A stretch of DNA of 64,000 bases from Naegleria gruberi. Lineage: Eukaryota. The DNA lies in NCBI GenBank assembly GCA_000004985.1, contig GG738849.1, one strand, 5' to 3'. The translations under genes and the position numbers were made by a program. Positions 20,885 through 31,895 of the stretch are shown piece by piece. Each line of letters begins with the position of its first letter. The first letter of the stretch is position 1. The notes below the pieces were generated by a model. It saw nothing but the letters and a program-made list of their open reading frames with translations, made no database searches and was not told the DNA's origin.

Positions 20885-22194
20885 ATGAGTCATTATGCTA
20901 TGCCTTTTCTGATCTTCAATCTCGGTGGAGAGATGATGTACATTCTCCATCAAAGATTGGAAGCTCAAAAGATTACCGAGGAGAAGAGTAAGAAGGTTCT
21001 TCAAGATGTAGTCAAGCATATGTTTGATGAGGAATTTATTAATGAATTGGTTAAACCTCAAAAGATGTATTCTGATGCTTCTATTAGACATGTTTTTGAA
21101 AAGTTGGCACACTCCTCCATCATGAGACTCTCCACTAGCAGTATGAACAAGGTAAGGTTGAAATGGAAAATATTACGGAATTAATATTTCCTTATTGTTA
21201 TTATTACTTATAGTTGTACGATTTGATGGTAATGGGTTTAAAGTACTCTTTCATTGCCTGTAATCACCCTCATGAAATACTCCAATTTACTTTGAATCAC
21301 TTGGATGAAATTGAAAATATTATCGGCAAGCTTGATAGTGATGAAACTGCCCTAGAAGCAAAGAAGTGTGTTCAACGAGCTGTAAACGAAATTGTTGAGG
21401 TAAGTGCTCATTGAAAGGACTTATTATTTATATTAAATTGATCAATAGATCTCAAAGAAAATGTCCCTCAATGATTTTATTAAATGCAGATATACTATTT
21501 GTAATTTCTTGAAGGATAGAAATATAAAGGTTTCAATCTTTTTGAATTGCAAGATTCAACACCGATCAAATGGTCACTTTAGAATTCCAAACAATAAGCA
21601 ATATCCACTCGGATTTGATAAGCCTGGAACTTGCAGATATTTTGAAGCTGAAGGAAATTTGAAAGAAACTGAATTAATAGCAAATCACCCAATGAAAGAT
21701 TTTACTCACAGTACAGTTACACATTCTGATTCAAATCAAAGAACAAGTGATTTGGGGGCCAACTTGTAAGTTTATTCTCCTTCCTTTATTATATTTTATG
21801 AATTTCCTAAATTTGGAATTTGTTTATTAACCATAGCTACTCTTCCACAAAACCTAAAATTGCCCAACAAGAACACACTGATGATGATAATGAAAACTAT
21901 TCATTCTCTGCTGTGAAGAAGAGTCACGACACAACTAGTGAATTAAATTTCTTGGCAAACCTTATTCATGGACCAAAAGAAACAAAGGAAACCTTCAAGG
22001 TTAACCTCTTCTCCAAGTTTGATATTTTCGAAGAACCTGAGGAAGATGAAACCGTTGAAACTGTAGAGAAAAAGTTTGAGGAATTGATTTTCGATTGTAG
22101 AGTAAGCAATAGAGTGAATGTTGACTTTGATATTAGTTCCACTCCTTCAAACATTGTTGAACAAGATGACTTGTTGGAATTGATGGATTCATAA
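20885..22194 (+). CDS. OSCP1: OSCP1 (organic solute carrier partner 1 / NOR1) homologue. Four exons: 20885..21151, 21214..21399, 21449..21765, 21837..22194.
   Basis: N-terminus MPFLIFNLGGEMMYILHQRLEAQKI…VKPQKMYSD…FEKLAHSSIMRL…MNK|LYDLMVMGLKY…LNHLD… is collinear with animal OSCP1 (LLFLNLGGEMLYILDQRL…LYDLMTMAFKYQ…). Three GT-AG introns (62, 49, 71 nt), phase-checked. Confidence 0.75.
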
Positions 22195-22308
22195 ATTTTG
22201 TATTTTATAAACTTCATATTGTTATTGAAATAGTAATCCATTTAAAGAATTAAATAAAATTCATTTAATAGGTAATTAATATTTAAATTCATTAATTGAC
22301 TAAAAAAA

Positions 22309-24216
22309 ATGGATGAAATTAACCTTGATGATTTTGCAATAAAAAATGACTCAAGCCCGTCCGATATTGTAGATAGATTGGAAATTCCTCTTCACACCAA
22401 AAATCACCATCAACAGAATAGTTATAGTGAGGAAAATTTATTAAATAATTTAAAGCTGGCCTATGAATTTTCCAAACGATTAATCCGAACTTCACTTGGA
22501 CCATTCAGTAAAGATAAACTAATTGTCAAGGGTGATTTACAAAAAAGCATCCTTGTTACGAATGATGGACGAACGTTAATGGAGGAAATGTTCAAATTGA
22601 GATCTCTCAATGAGAATAGAGAACAACATCCAATTCATACACTACTCTATCAATTATCAAAAAATCAAGACAATACAGTAGGTGATGGAACAACTAGTGT
22701 TGTCGTCTTGTGTGGAGAAATGTGTAAATTATCTGTGGAATTGATTGAAAAATGGAATTTGAGTGTAGATAAGATTATGAAAGGTTTTCAAAAAACTTTG
22801 GATTATATTTTAAGAGAATGGTTATCTGTTTTTACGAAACCATTGAGAGAGGTTGACCCAACAGAGAGCTCTTTAAAAGCTAGTAGATTTTTAAACCTTT
22901 CAAAAATCAAAGATTTAACACAGAGTGATATTGAAAAAATTGCAGCTAAATCATGCCTCCTTTCCAAACAAGTGAAAAATATTTGTGAGGAACTCAGTTC
23001 AATAGCAGTGGAAGCCATTCACGCTACAGCAGGCAAGCTTCATTTCATCAATGTGGACACTCTGATTATTGATAATCAAAATTTAATGAATCAACAACAT
23101 ATTGACAGTAGTACTAATGTAATTCTAATTGAATCTGGAATATGTTTGGTTGGTAAAAATTTGGCATCCAATTTGAATATGAAATTTTCAATGAGAGATT
23201 GCAGAATTGCTCTATTTTCATGTCCCATAGAAACACCTCGACTCAAGACACGACACCACATTAATATTACCAATTCAAAACAATATCAAGAATTGGAAGC
23301 TGTTGAAAATTCCTACCTTGAAGAAGTTATTTCAATTCTGAAGAATTGTAATGTAAATATAATAGTCTCACAATGGGGATTCGATAATAGATTTCATGAT
23401 TACCTAGTTGAGAACAACCTTATTGGTATAAGGTGGGTTGGTGCCGATGAATTGGATAGAATTGCTCTCGCTACAGGTGCCTCAATTTGCCCACAAGTGG
23501 CTCACTTTACTGAAAATATGCTTGGTTATGCTGGAAAATTTGAATATCAGGAGGGTGACAAGTTAATGACCTTTACTGAGTGCATAGAACCAAAAGTTTG
23601 CTCAATCCTAATACGATCCTCAAATGAGTTTCTTGCCCAAGAAACAGCTCGTTCCATGAATGATGCGCTAATGAGTGTTCGATCCGTATATTCTCACCTC
23701 TCCAACAAACACAATGTGTTAGAAAAGAACTCTGAAGACAATTTGGAAACTCTCTCCCTTATTCCTCCATTAAGCTATGGAGGTGGATGTTTTGAAATGC
23801 AAATTTATTCTCTCGTAATGGAAAATTTGGAAAAGATTGAACCAAATGATTTTCTCACTCAAACCATTGCCAAGCATTGGGCAAAAAGCCTTCTGGTTGT
23901 TCCATCTACATTTGCTGAAAATTCAGGACTCTCTGTAATTGAAACAATTCAAACTCTGATTGACAAGCATCAATTAGGAGAATATTATTGTGGACTATTT
24001 GCCAACTCATTCACCCAAGATGATCTATTGAGAGATGAGAAACTGATTGAGGAATATTCCAAACCTTGTTCAAATACTTGCAATTTTCTAATGCAAATTA
24101 AGAATATGAGCGAGACACAAGTTATGGAAAATATTCTTGTCAAGATGAATGTTCTCATTTTAGCAACTGAAATGGTTAATATGATTTTAAAAATTGATGA
24201 GAATATCATGTATTGA
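22309..24216 (+). CDS. Divergent group-II chaperonin (TCP-1/CCT-like) paralogue, 635 aa, single exon. Not one of the canonical CCT subunits. Candidate BBS-type chaperonin-like protein.
   Basis: LGPFSKDKLIV…ILVTNDGRTLMEEM (cf. CCT LGPxGxDKMLV…ITNDGATIL), the invariant ATP-site [10 protein letters not shown] motif, and C-terminal …SYGGGCFEMQ (cf. CCT VPGGGAxE). The rest is highly diverged. A canonical CCT-alpha is separately present at 41734..43552. Confidence 0.65.
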   Translation: MDEINLDDFAIKNDSSPSDIVDRLEIPLHTKNHHQQNSYSEENLLNNLKLAYEFSKRLIRTSLGPFSKDKLIVKGDLQKSILVTNDGRTLMEEMFKLRSLNENREQHPIHTLLYQLSKNQDNTVGDGTTSVVVLCGEMCKLSVELIEKWNLSVDKIMKGFQKTLDYILREWLSVFTKPLREVDPTESSLKASRFLNLSKIKDLTQSDIEKIAAKSCLLSKQVKNICEELSSIAVEAIHATAGKLHFINVDTLIIDNQNLMNQQHIDSSTNVILIESGICLVGKNLASNLNMKFSMRDCRIALFSCPIETPRLKTRHHINITNSKQYQELEAVENSYLEEVISILKNCNVNIIVSQWGFDNRFHDYLVENNLIGIRWVGADELDRIALATGASICPQVAHFTENMLGYAGKFEYQEGDKLMTFTECIEPKVCSILIRSSNEFLAQETARSMNDALMSVRSVYSHLSNKHNVLEKNSEDNLETLSLIPPLSYGGGCFEMQIYSLVMENLEKIEPNDFLTQTIAKHWAKSLLVVPSTFAENSGLSVIETIQTLIDKHQLGEYYCGLFANSFTQDDLLRDEKLIEEYSKPCSNTCNFLMQIKNMSETQVMENILVKMNVLILATEMVNMILKIDENIMY

Positions 24217-24499
24217 TTGAAAATCAACACCCATTGAATGTTATCCATCCTATGTAAATTGTACCACAGGCAGACATGATAGTATTATTATTCTGTTGTA
24301 AAGAAGAAAAAGAAAAATATTATTAGATTGTTGTCATCTTTGAGATTCTTTGAGAGAATGTGAAATTTCTTCAATTTCATTCAGCCACCACTTGCGACAG
24401 ACTCTGTTAAAACAGAATCAGCCAAAATATTGAATTTCCATCGCAGTTATTAAAAATCGTTTTTAAAAAAATTACCCAATTTTTGAATAGTAATATATA

Positions 24500-25399
24500 A
24501 TGGCTGCTGTCGATCTCTCTGCTTATCCACGTGTTGATTTGGCTTTCATTGGTGGCACCGGTCTCTCAAAGGCTGAAGGTCTTGAAAATGTTATCACTGT
24601 TGAACCATTTGAAACTCCATTCGGTAAACCATCATCACCAATTGTTATTGGTACTATTAACGGTTTGACTGTTGCTTTCTTGTGTAGACACGGTCTTTCT
24701 CACTCTGTTCAACCAACCGATGTTCCATATCGTGCCAACATTTTTGCTCTCAAATCACTTGGTGCTAATAATTTAGTTTCTTTCGGAGCTGTTGGTTCAT
24801 TGCAAGAAGAATTGGCTCCAAAACACTTTGTTGTTGTTGACCAATTCATTGATCGTACCAAATTCCGTCAATCTGAAAATACTTTCTATGATAGAGAAGG
24901 TTTGGTTGCTCACGTTTCATTCGGTGAACCAACTTGTAAGACTTTGTCTCAATTGGTTGTTGATTCATGCTCACGTATTGAAACTATTCCAAAGACTCAT
25001 GCCACTGGTACTTATGTCTGTATGGAAGGTCCATGTTTCTCATCACGTGCCGAAAGTAAAATGTATAGAATGTGGGGTGGTAGTATCATCGGAATGACTT
25101 GTTTGCAAGAAGCTAAATTGGCTCGTGAAGCTGAAATGGCCTTTGCTTGTGTTGGTATGGTCACTGATTATGATGCTTGGAAAGATGAAGCTGAACCAGT
25201 TACTGTTGAAGAAGTTGTCAAGATTTTGCACGATAATGGTGACAATGCTAGAAGAGTTATTCAAGAAGTTGCCAAATCTTTCACCAAGTTTGAATCAAGT
25301 GCTCACTCTGCCATGAAATTCTCCTTGTTGAAGCCAGCCAGTAGTTTAAGCGATGATCTCAAGAAGACTTATGCTCCAATTTTGGCCAAATATTATTAA
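24500..25399 (+). CDS. MTAP: S-methyl-5'-thioadenosine phosphorylase, 299 aa, single exon.
   Basis: IGGTGL…TPFGKPS…RHG…H…ANIFALKSLG…MEGPCFSSRAESKMYR…GMT…EAKLAREAEMAFA…TDYDAW is collinear with MTAP. Codon usage is distinctly C/T-rich at third positions (GGT/GCT/TTC/ATC), unlike its neighbours. Confidence 0.9.
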   Translation: MAAVDLSAYPRVDLAFIGGTGLSKAEGLENVITVEPFETPFGKPSSPIVIGTINGLTVAFLCRHGLSHSVQPTDVPYRANIFALKSLGANNLVSFGAVGSLQEELAPKHFVVVDQFIDRTKFRQSENTFYDREGLVAHVSFGEPTCKTLSQLVVDSCSRIETIPKTHATGTYVCMEGPCFSSRAESKMYRMWGGSIIGMTCLQEAKLAREAEMAFACVGMVTDYDAWKDEAEPVTVEEVVKILHDNGDNARRVIQEVAKSFTKFESSAHSAMKFSLLKPASSLSDDLKKTYAPILAKYY

Positions 25400-25908
25400 A
25401 CTTTTAAAGTTTTTTATTATTGCTTGTATCAGTAGAGAATGATCTGAAAAACAGAATGATGATGTGATGCTTATTATGCAACTAATAGTGAAAAAGGCAT
25501 CAATTTATTGGATTGAACTCATCGTAAACTCAAAGCGTGTTTGAGCACTGTACAACTTCCTCATTAGATTCAAAAAAGAAAAAATTCATCACGTTTGAAT
25601 ACAGCAACTAAAGCAGTAGAGAGCAGTAGGAGGTTGTTGATCACCCGAATAAAACGCCACAATCTATTGCCATAGATTTCTTCATTACTAACCAAACTAC
25701 CACCACACTTGTTGAAGGTTTATTTTACTGGGAAAAGTAAACCTCCATCATCATAACATTACCTCTTCATCATTTGATTGGGATTATAATTTTGTTGTAG
25801 TAACAATCTAGTATTACATTGTTTATTTCATTACTTCATCAAATAGTAATAAGAAACAATTTAAATTAAATACACACAATTAAACACTTTTAGGAGTGAA
25901 AGCACTTG

Positions 25909-28900
25909 ATGATTGATCCATCTCAAAATTCAGAGTTAGAAACCTCTTTTAATTTACTTGATCAAGAAGAAAAGGAATTAATTGAACCTCATTATCACTT
26001 TATCCAAAGATCATCAGATTGGATTGAATTAATTCATAACAAAAAACCTCTCAACAATATGCCTCATCGGAACATGTATAATGACACTCCAAGTGATACC
26101 AGCTCAAATAATATAACTCCAAGTAATGCCAATAATGATGATTCACCAGACGTTACACCACTTCATATTTATCTAACCACCCACAAACATGGTCACCACA
26201 TGATTCATGCAAAGAAGGATCAACCATTTGCTCCATCCTTTTTAAATGATGCTGGCTATGAGAGTGGCAGTTCCTCAAATGACGATGATACTGCTCCATC
26301 GAGTGCCTGCGATGAAGTCACTCCAGCCATAACTACTCCTGTTCACTTTCTAACAGAACAACATCATCCCTATTCACCTACCACAATTAACAAATCTTCC
26401 TCAACTAAAGAGTTTCCAACAAGTCACAATCCAGATAATGTACAAAAGTAAGTTTTCCCTTTTTGTTCAATGGAACTAAATTTTCTTGTGATTTGATCAT
26501 TATTTGAAATTTAGAAAAAGGTCTCGAGTTGCTTCTTTACCAGTTACAAATCAACAAGAGAAACTTGTCACAAATAATAATAGCAAAGCAAATCATCCTA
26601 CTATTACTACCAACGATAATAATACTCCTTCTACCACCTCTACCACTTCTCAAACACCTCCAACAAATATTAATAATCCAACTGCTGGTATTCATCATAT
26701 TCAAAGCCAGCCAAACATGCTTTCCAATCAACCAATATCTCTTCTTTCTCAATCATTATTAAAACAAAGTGATGAACATGACTTTTATATGGTCAACGAG
26801 GAAGAAGTTACAAGTGCTTCTGCACTTATTGGAAAACAAAAATATTATAGCGAGGTTAATTTACCAAGTATGGACGTTTCTCCTCTCAAATCGAATGGTC
26901 AATCAATGAAAAAACCAATCATCAAACATAATATTGGAAAACATCACCCAGAAGGAACAGAATCTTGGCTTTTACCAGGGGAATGTGTTCTTAATCATAT
27001 TAAAAAGGTTGGAGTCGTTAAAAATCTCCCAATTACATACTTTCCTCCAACTCATTCCAACCCACAAGCAATTTCATCTCAAGGACCTTTTATTGAGCAA
27101 CCAAAACAAGCTTCTGGAGAATTTTTAACAACAGCAGAGGAATTATTGAATGATTTTAATGTTTATGACTTATTGAATACAGTAGGCGGATCTAGCTCAA
27201 ATTATGGAAGTGCTGGAAGTACTATTAGCACTAATGGTAATGCTACTTCCACTAATGTTGGTGATCAATCTGATACTGAGCCTACTCTTGTTATTGGCGA
27301 GTTATATATTACAAATTATCAAATTAGATTCCAAGTAAGTTTCTCAATTTTTTTTAGTTATTTTAACAATTAAATAGTGCGTTGCTAAACCATCTCTAGT
27401 TCTATCAACTCCAACATCTTGTATTCTTAGAATGGCTCCAAAATATCCACAATCAGAGACAAATACCTACAGCAACTATTACAGTCAATATATTTCATCA
27501 AATGCAAATAATGGACCTACCACTGATAACAAGTTTAATAGTCTTGGATATATTAGTATTAAGAGCAAAGATTTGCAGGTTTTGAAATTTTTATTCTTTA
27601 GAGATTCTTCCTATACAATTGACAAAGTTATGGAGGCCCTTAAAGCTGCTACCTCAAAGAGAGTGTTTGCATTTGCATTCCGTAAACATATTTCCTCCTA
27701 TCCAATTCAAATATATTCTCAGGAGGATATTGAAAAGGGATGGAAGGTTTACAAGATGAAAAGAGAATTTAAAAGACAAGGCCTTTTCACAAGACACCAA
27801 AATAATCCAGCTTTTTCTTGGCGTATTAGTTCTATTAACTCAAAATTCAAAGTTTGTGACACTTATCCAGAACATTTTATTGTTCCTAAAGATGTTTCAG
27901 ATGAAATGCTTGCAGCTTCAGCAGCTTTTAGAAGTAAAGGAAGAATTCCAGTTCTTTCCTGGATTCATCCTCATAAGAATATTTGCATTGTAAGATCGAG
28001 TCAACCTATGGTAGGTATCACAAGAGCAAGATGTAAAGAAGATGAAGAGTTAGTTGATGCCATCAGAAGAGCATCTGGATCAGAGAGACTTCAGATTATT
28101 GACTGTAGACCAAAGGCAAACGCTTGGGCCAATACAGTTATGGGAAAGGGTTATGAAAATATTGCATACTATACTAACTGTTCAATAGAGTTCATGAATA
28201 TTGAAAATATTCATGCCATGACTAACAGTCTTAATTTGCTAAAGAAATTAATTCAAAATAAGCAAAATAACGATCAATATTGGCTATCTTCTTTTGAGGC
28301 AACAGGATGGTTAAAACATACCAAGTTAATCATGCAAGCAGCTTCAAAGGTTGTAACTTATATTGAAAGATTTGATACATCAGTACTTGTTCACTGTAGT
28401 GATGGATGGGATCGTACCGCACAAATCTGCGCACTTGCAGAGCTTTTATTAGACCCTTATTACAGAACTATTAAGGGATTTGAAATTCTAATTGAGAGAG
28501 AGTGGGTTTCTTTTGGTCACAAGTTTCTAGATCGTGTAGGACATGGATGTGTTGGAAAAACTAATTCAGCCTCTGATGAAATTTCTCCTGTTTTTTTACA
28601 ATTTATTGATTGTGTTTGGCAAATTTGGCAACAATATCCTTCACATTTCGAGTTTAATGAGGCGTTCCTCTTCTTAATATTGGACAGTTTATATTCTTGT
28701 CGTTTTGGAAACTTTTTATTGAATTGTGCTAAACAACAGCTCGATGAAAATATTACAAAGGATACTATTTCGGTTTGGACAGAAGTAATGACAAACCCTT
28801 CTCTGTATTATAACGATGTTTATAACCCAAAGAATAGCGAATATTCAACATTAATTGTAAATACCGACATTGACACACTCTCCACACACTTTTGGATAAG

Positions 28901-29240
28901 CTACTTTTATCGATACAAGAAGGGTTCAAAGAACAGATATCACAGAATGCTCAAAAAGGCTATCACCAAGATGAAGAAGGAAAATGCAATTCTCTTGAAT
29001 TCTTTACAAGAGGAACTGTTGACAAGGAAGAGAATTGAGCTAGAGTTGGCCCAATCCAAACAAAAAATCAAATTTCTCGAAGGTCATAATTCATTAACTG
29101 ATGAATCCCACATAAGTGATTCGTATGGAAGTCATCCTGCTTCTGACACTTTAAGTTACAATGGTGAAGATGGAGACACGAAAGTTATTCGCTTCTCAAC
29201 CAGTGTGAAAGAAAATCTGGTGGAAAATTACTTTAAGTAA
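25909..29240 (+). CDS. Myotubularin-family phosphoinositide 3-phosphatase (active CX5R site) with a long low-complexity N-terminal region. Three exons: 25909..26447, 26515..27334, 27378..29240.
   Basis: Catalytic loop VLVHCSDGWDRTAQ (C-x5-R) with upstream RPKANAWANTVMGKGYEN and …SWIHP… Introns of 67 nt (GTAAGT…TTAG) and 43 nt (GTAAGT…ATAG). The ATG at 25909 follows an in-frame TGA. Exon lengths are phase-consistent. Confidence 0.8.
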
Positions 29241-29277
29241 AACCACACAAAACATTTTAAACTTAATAATTTATTGC

Positions 29278-31708
29278 TTAATCCTCTTCTTCATCGTCTT
29301 CCTCTTCCTCCTCCTCTTCTTCTTCCTCTTCTTCTTCCTCTTCTTCATCGTCTTCCTCTTCTTCTTCCTCTTCTTCCTCTTCTTCCTCTTCTTCATCTTC
29401 GTCTTCAGAACCTTCTTCTAGTTCATTTACATATTCTTTACAAAGAGCCAAAATTGGTTTCATACTTTCTTCATCCAAATGTTCGTCATACCATTCAATA
29501 ACAGTATCATTATCCACAAGTTCTTGTACATTTAAAATCTTCACTATTGTGATAAGTGCTGGACGATACTTAACACCTTCATCGCTAGCTACAAAGTATA
29601 ACAAGTGGGTTAAGAGTAAAACTCTAGATTTCTTTACGCCCAACTTTAAGAAGTGTTCGAGCACTTCCATCCAACATCTCTTTCCATCTTTTCCAGTCAA
29701 TACATCAATAAACTTAGAAAGGAAATCAGTAATGTCATCCTTCTTTGAAATTGTGTCACAATAAACTAAAATACCAGTGAGACAACCAATGGCGATATCT
29801 TCAAAGCTGCTGTCATAGGTAAACTTGAGACCATTAAGTTCAAGTTTTGCATTTTCAATGCTGTGATTTTCGTCTATTGATCTTCTAATACTGGCTCTAA
29901 CCTCATCAAAGAAATCTATTCAGAAGGTAATTATGGATTGAAATATTACTAAATACTTACTAGCATCATCGATATCTTCATGATGTTGTTTGGTTGGCTT
30001 AACAACTTTATCACGCAAAGCCATATCTGATTCAAGTTTATCAGCATCAGCTTGAGAAACTCCCAATCTGTTAATTAATTGATCGCTCAAGAAGGATGGC
30101 AAAACGTGCAAAGAACCCACACCATTAACACCAACATAATTCTTGTTATTGACAACTTTTTTGGCAACCAGGTTGATACTTTTTCTTTCATTTTCAAAGG
30201 CATCATCAAATGAAACTTCTTCTTCTTGATTGGAATATTCATCCTTATCATATTCAATAGTTGTTAATCTGTGATGAGATTTGACAGTAAAATCTGGTCC
30301 AATAACAACATCATATGAAAGTACAGCACCGGTTTCCAATACAGAGTTTGTACACACTTTGACATTATCACAAATGAGAGATGATGTGATCTTTACATTA
30401 TCTTCAATAATAACATTATCCCAAATAAAACTAGCCTCAATTTGAACATTATTACCAATTTGAACATTTTTACCAATTACTGTTGCTTTGATCTTGGTAT
30501 TTTCTCCAATTATTGTTCCACTTCCAATTAAGCAATTTTCTCCAATCACACAACTCTTTGAGAGAGAAATGTTTGATTCATAATAGTTATTTGGTCTTGA
30601 ATATCTGAATGAAGTAGTTCCAGAAAAATTAGAATCTGGAGTGATAGGATACATCCATCTATTGATAAGATCCATGCTAATACTTTCATATGAATTGAGA
30701 TTACAAACTCTACCAGTATATCCATTATCATCAATATAAGCAATGACCTTATGTTCAACAACTTCCGATTTGTGGAGAACATATTTTTGGAATAAATCAT
30801 TTCTTAAATGCTTGTAATCGAATTGATCTTGGAAAACAGGAAGAATTTCAGGAGAACAAATATCAATTCTACAATCCATAACGTCAGAATAAATTCTAAT
30901 ATTATCTTTTGTTTGTTTAAAGTGACGAGTTTCAATCTTAAAATCAAGATTTTCCTTCTTTTCATTTTCATAATGTAATAATTGTTTACTCTTTTCAGAG
31001 ACAGCAATCCAAACAGAATCATTATCTTCATAGAATCTAACAGTATCTGGAGTACATTTACGGAAAATTGTTGTTGCCAAAATGTTGGAATCTAATTTTC
31101 TTTCAGCTCTAAAAAATGTACATTAAAATCAATCGAAATACAATAATAACATACTTGTGTCTTTCCACAATTGGTGCAAGATTAATATTACTAATCACAT
31201 CTCCTTGAATTAAAATAAAATCATTTCTAATTAAATCCATATCAGCAATTCTTCTGAGAGCATCACCAGCAGATTTGGCATCAGTTCCAACAATGGTAGA
31301 TACTTTAATATCAGCACTTGTTGCTTTTGGTGATTGTTTCCACTTGTTTGATGTTCTATTGACCAATTATTTGTATAAATATTTACTATTAATCTCTGGT
31401 ATCACTTACTCCAAATAACGTTTAATTTCATCGGCTCCGTGGCAACAATAAACATAAATTTCTTTTACTCCTGATGAAGCTAACAACTCCAAAATATATT
31501 CGATAATAGGAATGTTATTAACTGGAAGTAAACACTATTAAATAACAACAAGTGTGATTTTAATCAGCACGGATACTATTAAACAACATACTCTTGGTTT
31601 AGATAATGTAATTGGTCTCATTTCCTTTGTGAAAGAGTCGGCCAAAACGACCGCCTTTAAAACATCTTCAGTCTTGACTGGACCACCAGTCTTTTTAGTC
31701 TTTTTCAT
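29278..31708 (-). CDS. Translation initiation factor eIF2B epsilon. Five exons: 31708..31592, 31534..31410, 31355..31155, 31108..29961, 29915..29278. C-terminal W2 domain ends in a long pure-acidic tail.
   Basis: Nucleotidyl-transferase-like N-terminus (VVLADSFTKEMRPITLSKPR|CLLPVNNIPIIEYILE), hexapeptide-repeat LbH region (…IGENCLIGSGTIIGENTKIKATVIGKNVQIGNNVQIE…), W2 domain with AA-boxes (…VIEWYDEHLDEE…). Introns of 57, 54, 46 and 45 nt, all GT-AG, phase-checked. Confidence 0.8.
29281..29400. repeat. (GAR)n trinucleotide microsatellite (CTC/TTC on the + strand) encoding the ~40-residue poly-Glu/Asp tail of eIF2B-epsilon.
   Basis: Near-perfect CTTCTTCCTCTTC… run visible on the + strand. Translates on the minus strand to EEEEEEEEEEEEEEDDEEEEE…. 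Confidence 0.85.
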
Positions 31709-31895
31709 TTTTTTTAAATCAATTTTGAAAATTATCTTTTACTGGTAAGCAACTATTATTTAAATTAATAATAATAATTAGAAATTTTATTAATATCGCA
31801 CCAATACGCATGTCAGGATTGAATGATTATATAAATAATTTCTTAAAACTCATTATTTAATGTATTCAAAATATTCTAAAGTTAATTGGTTTTAC

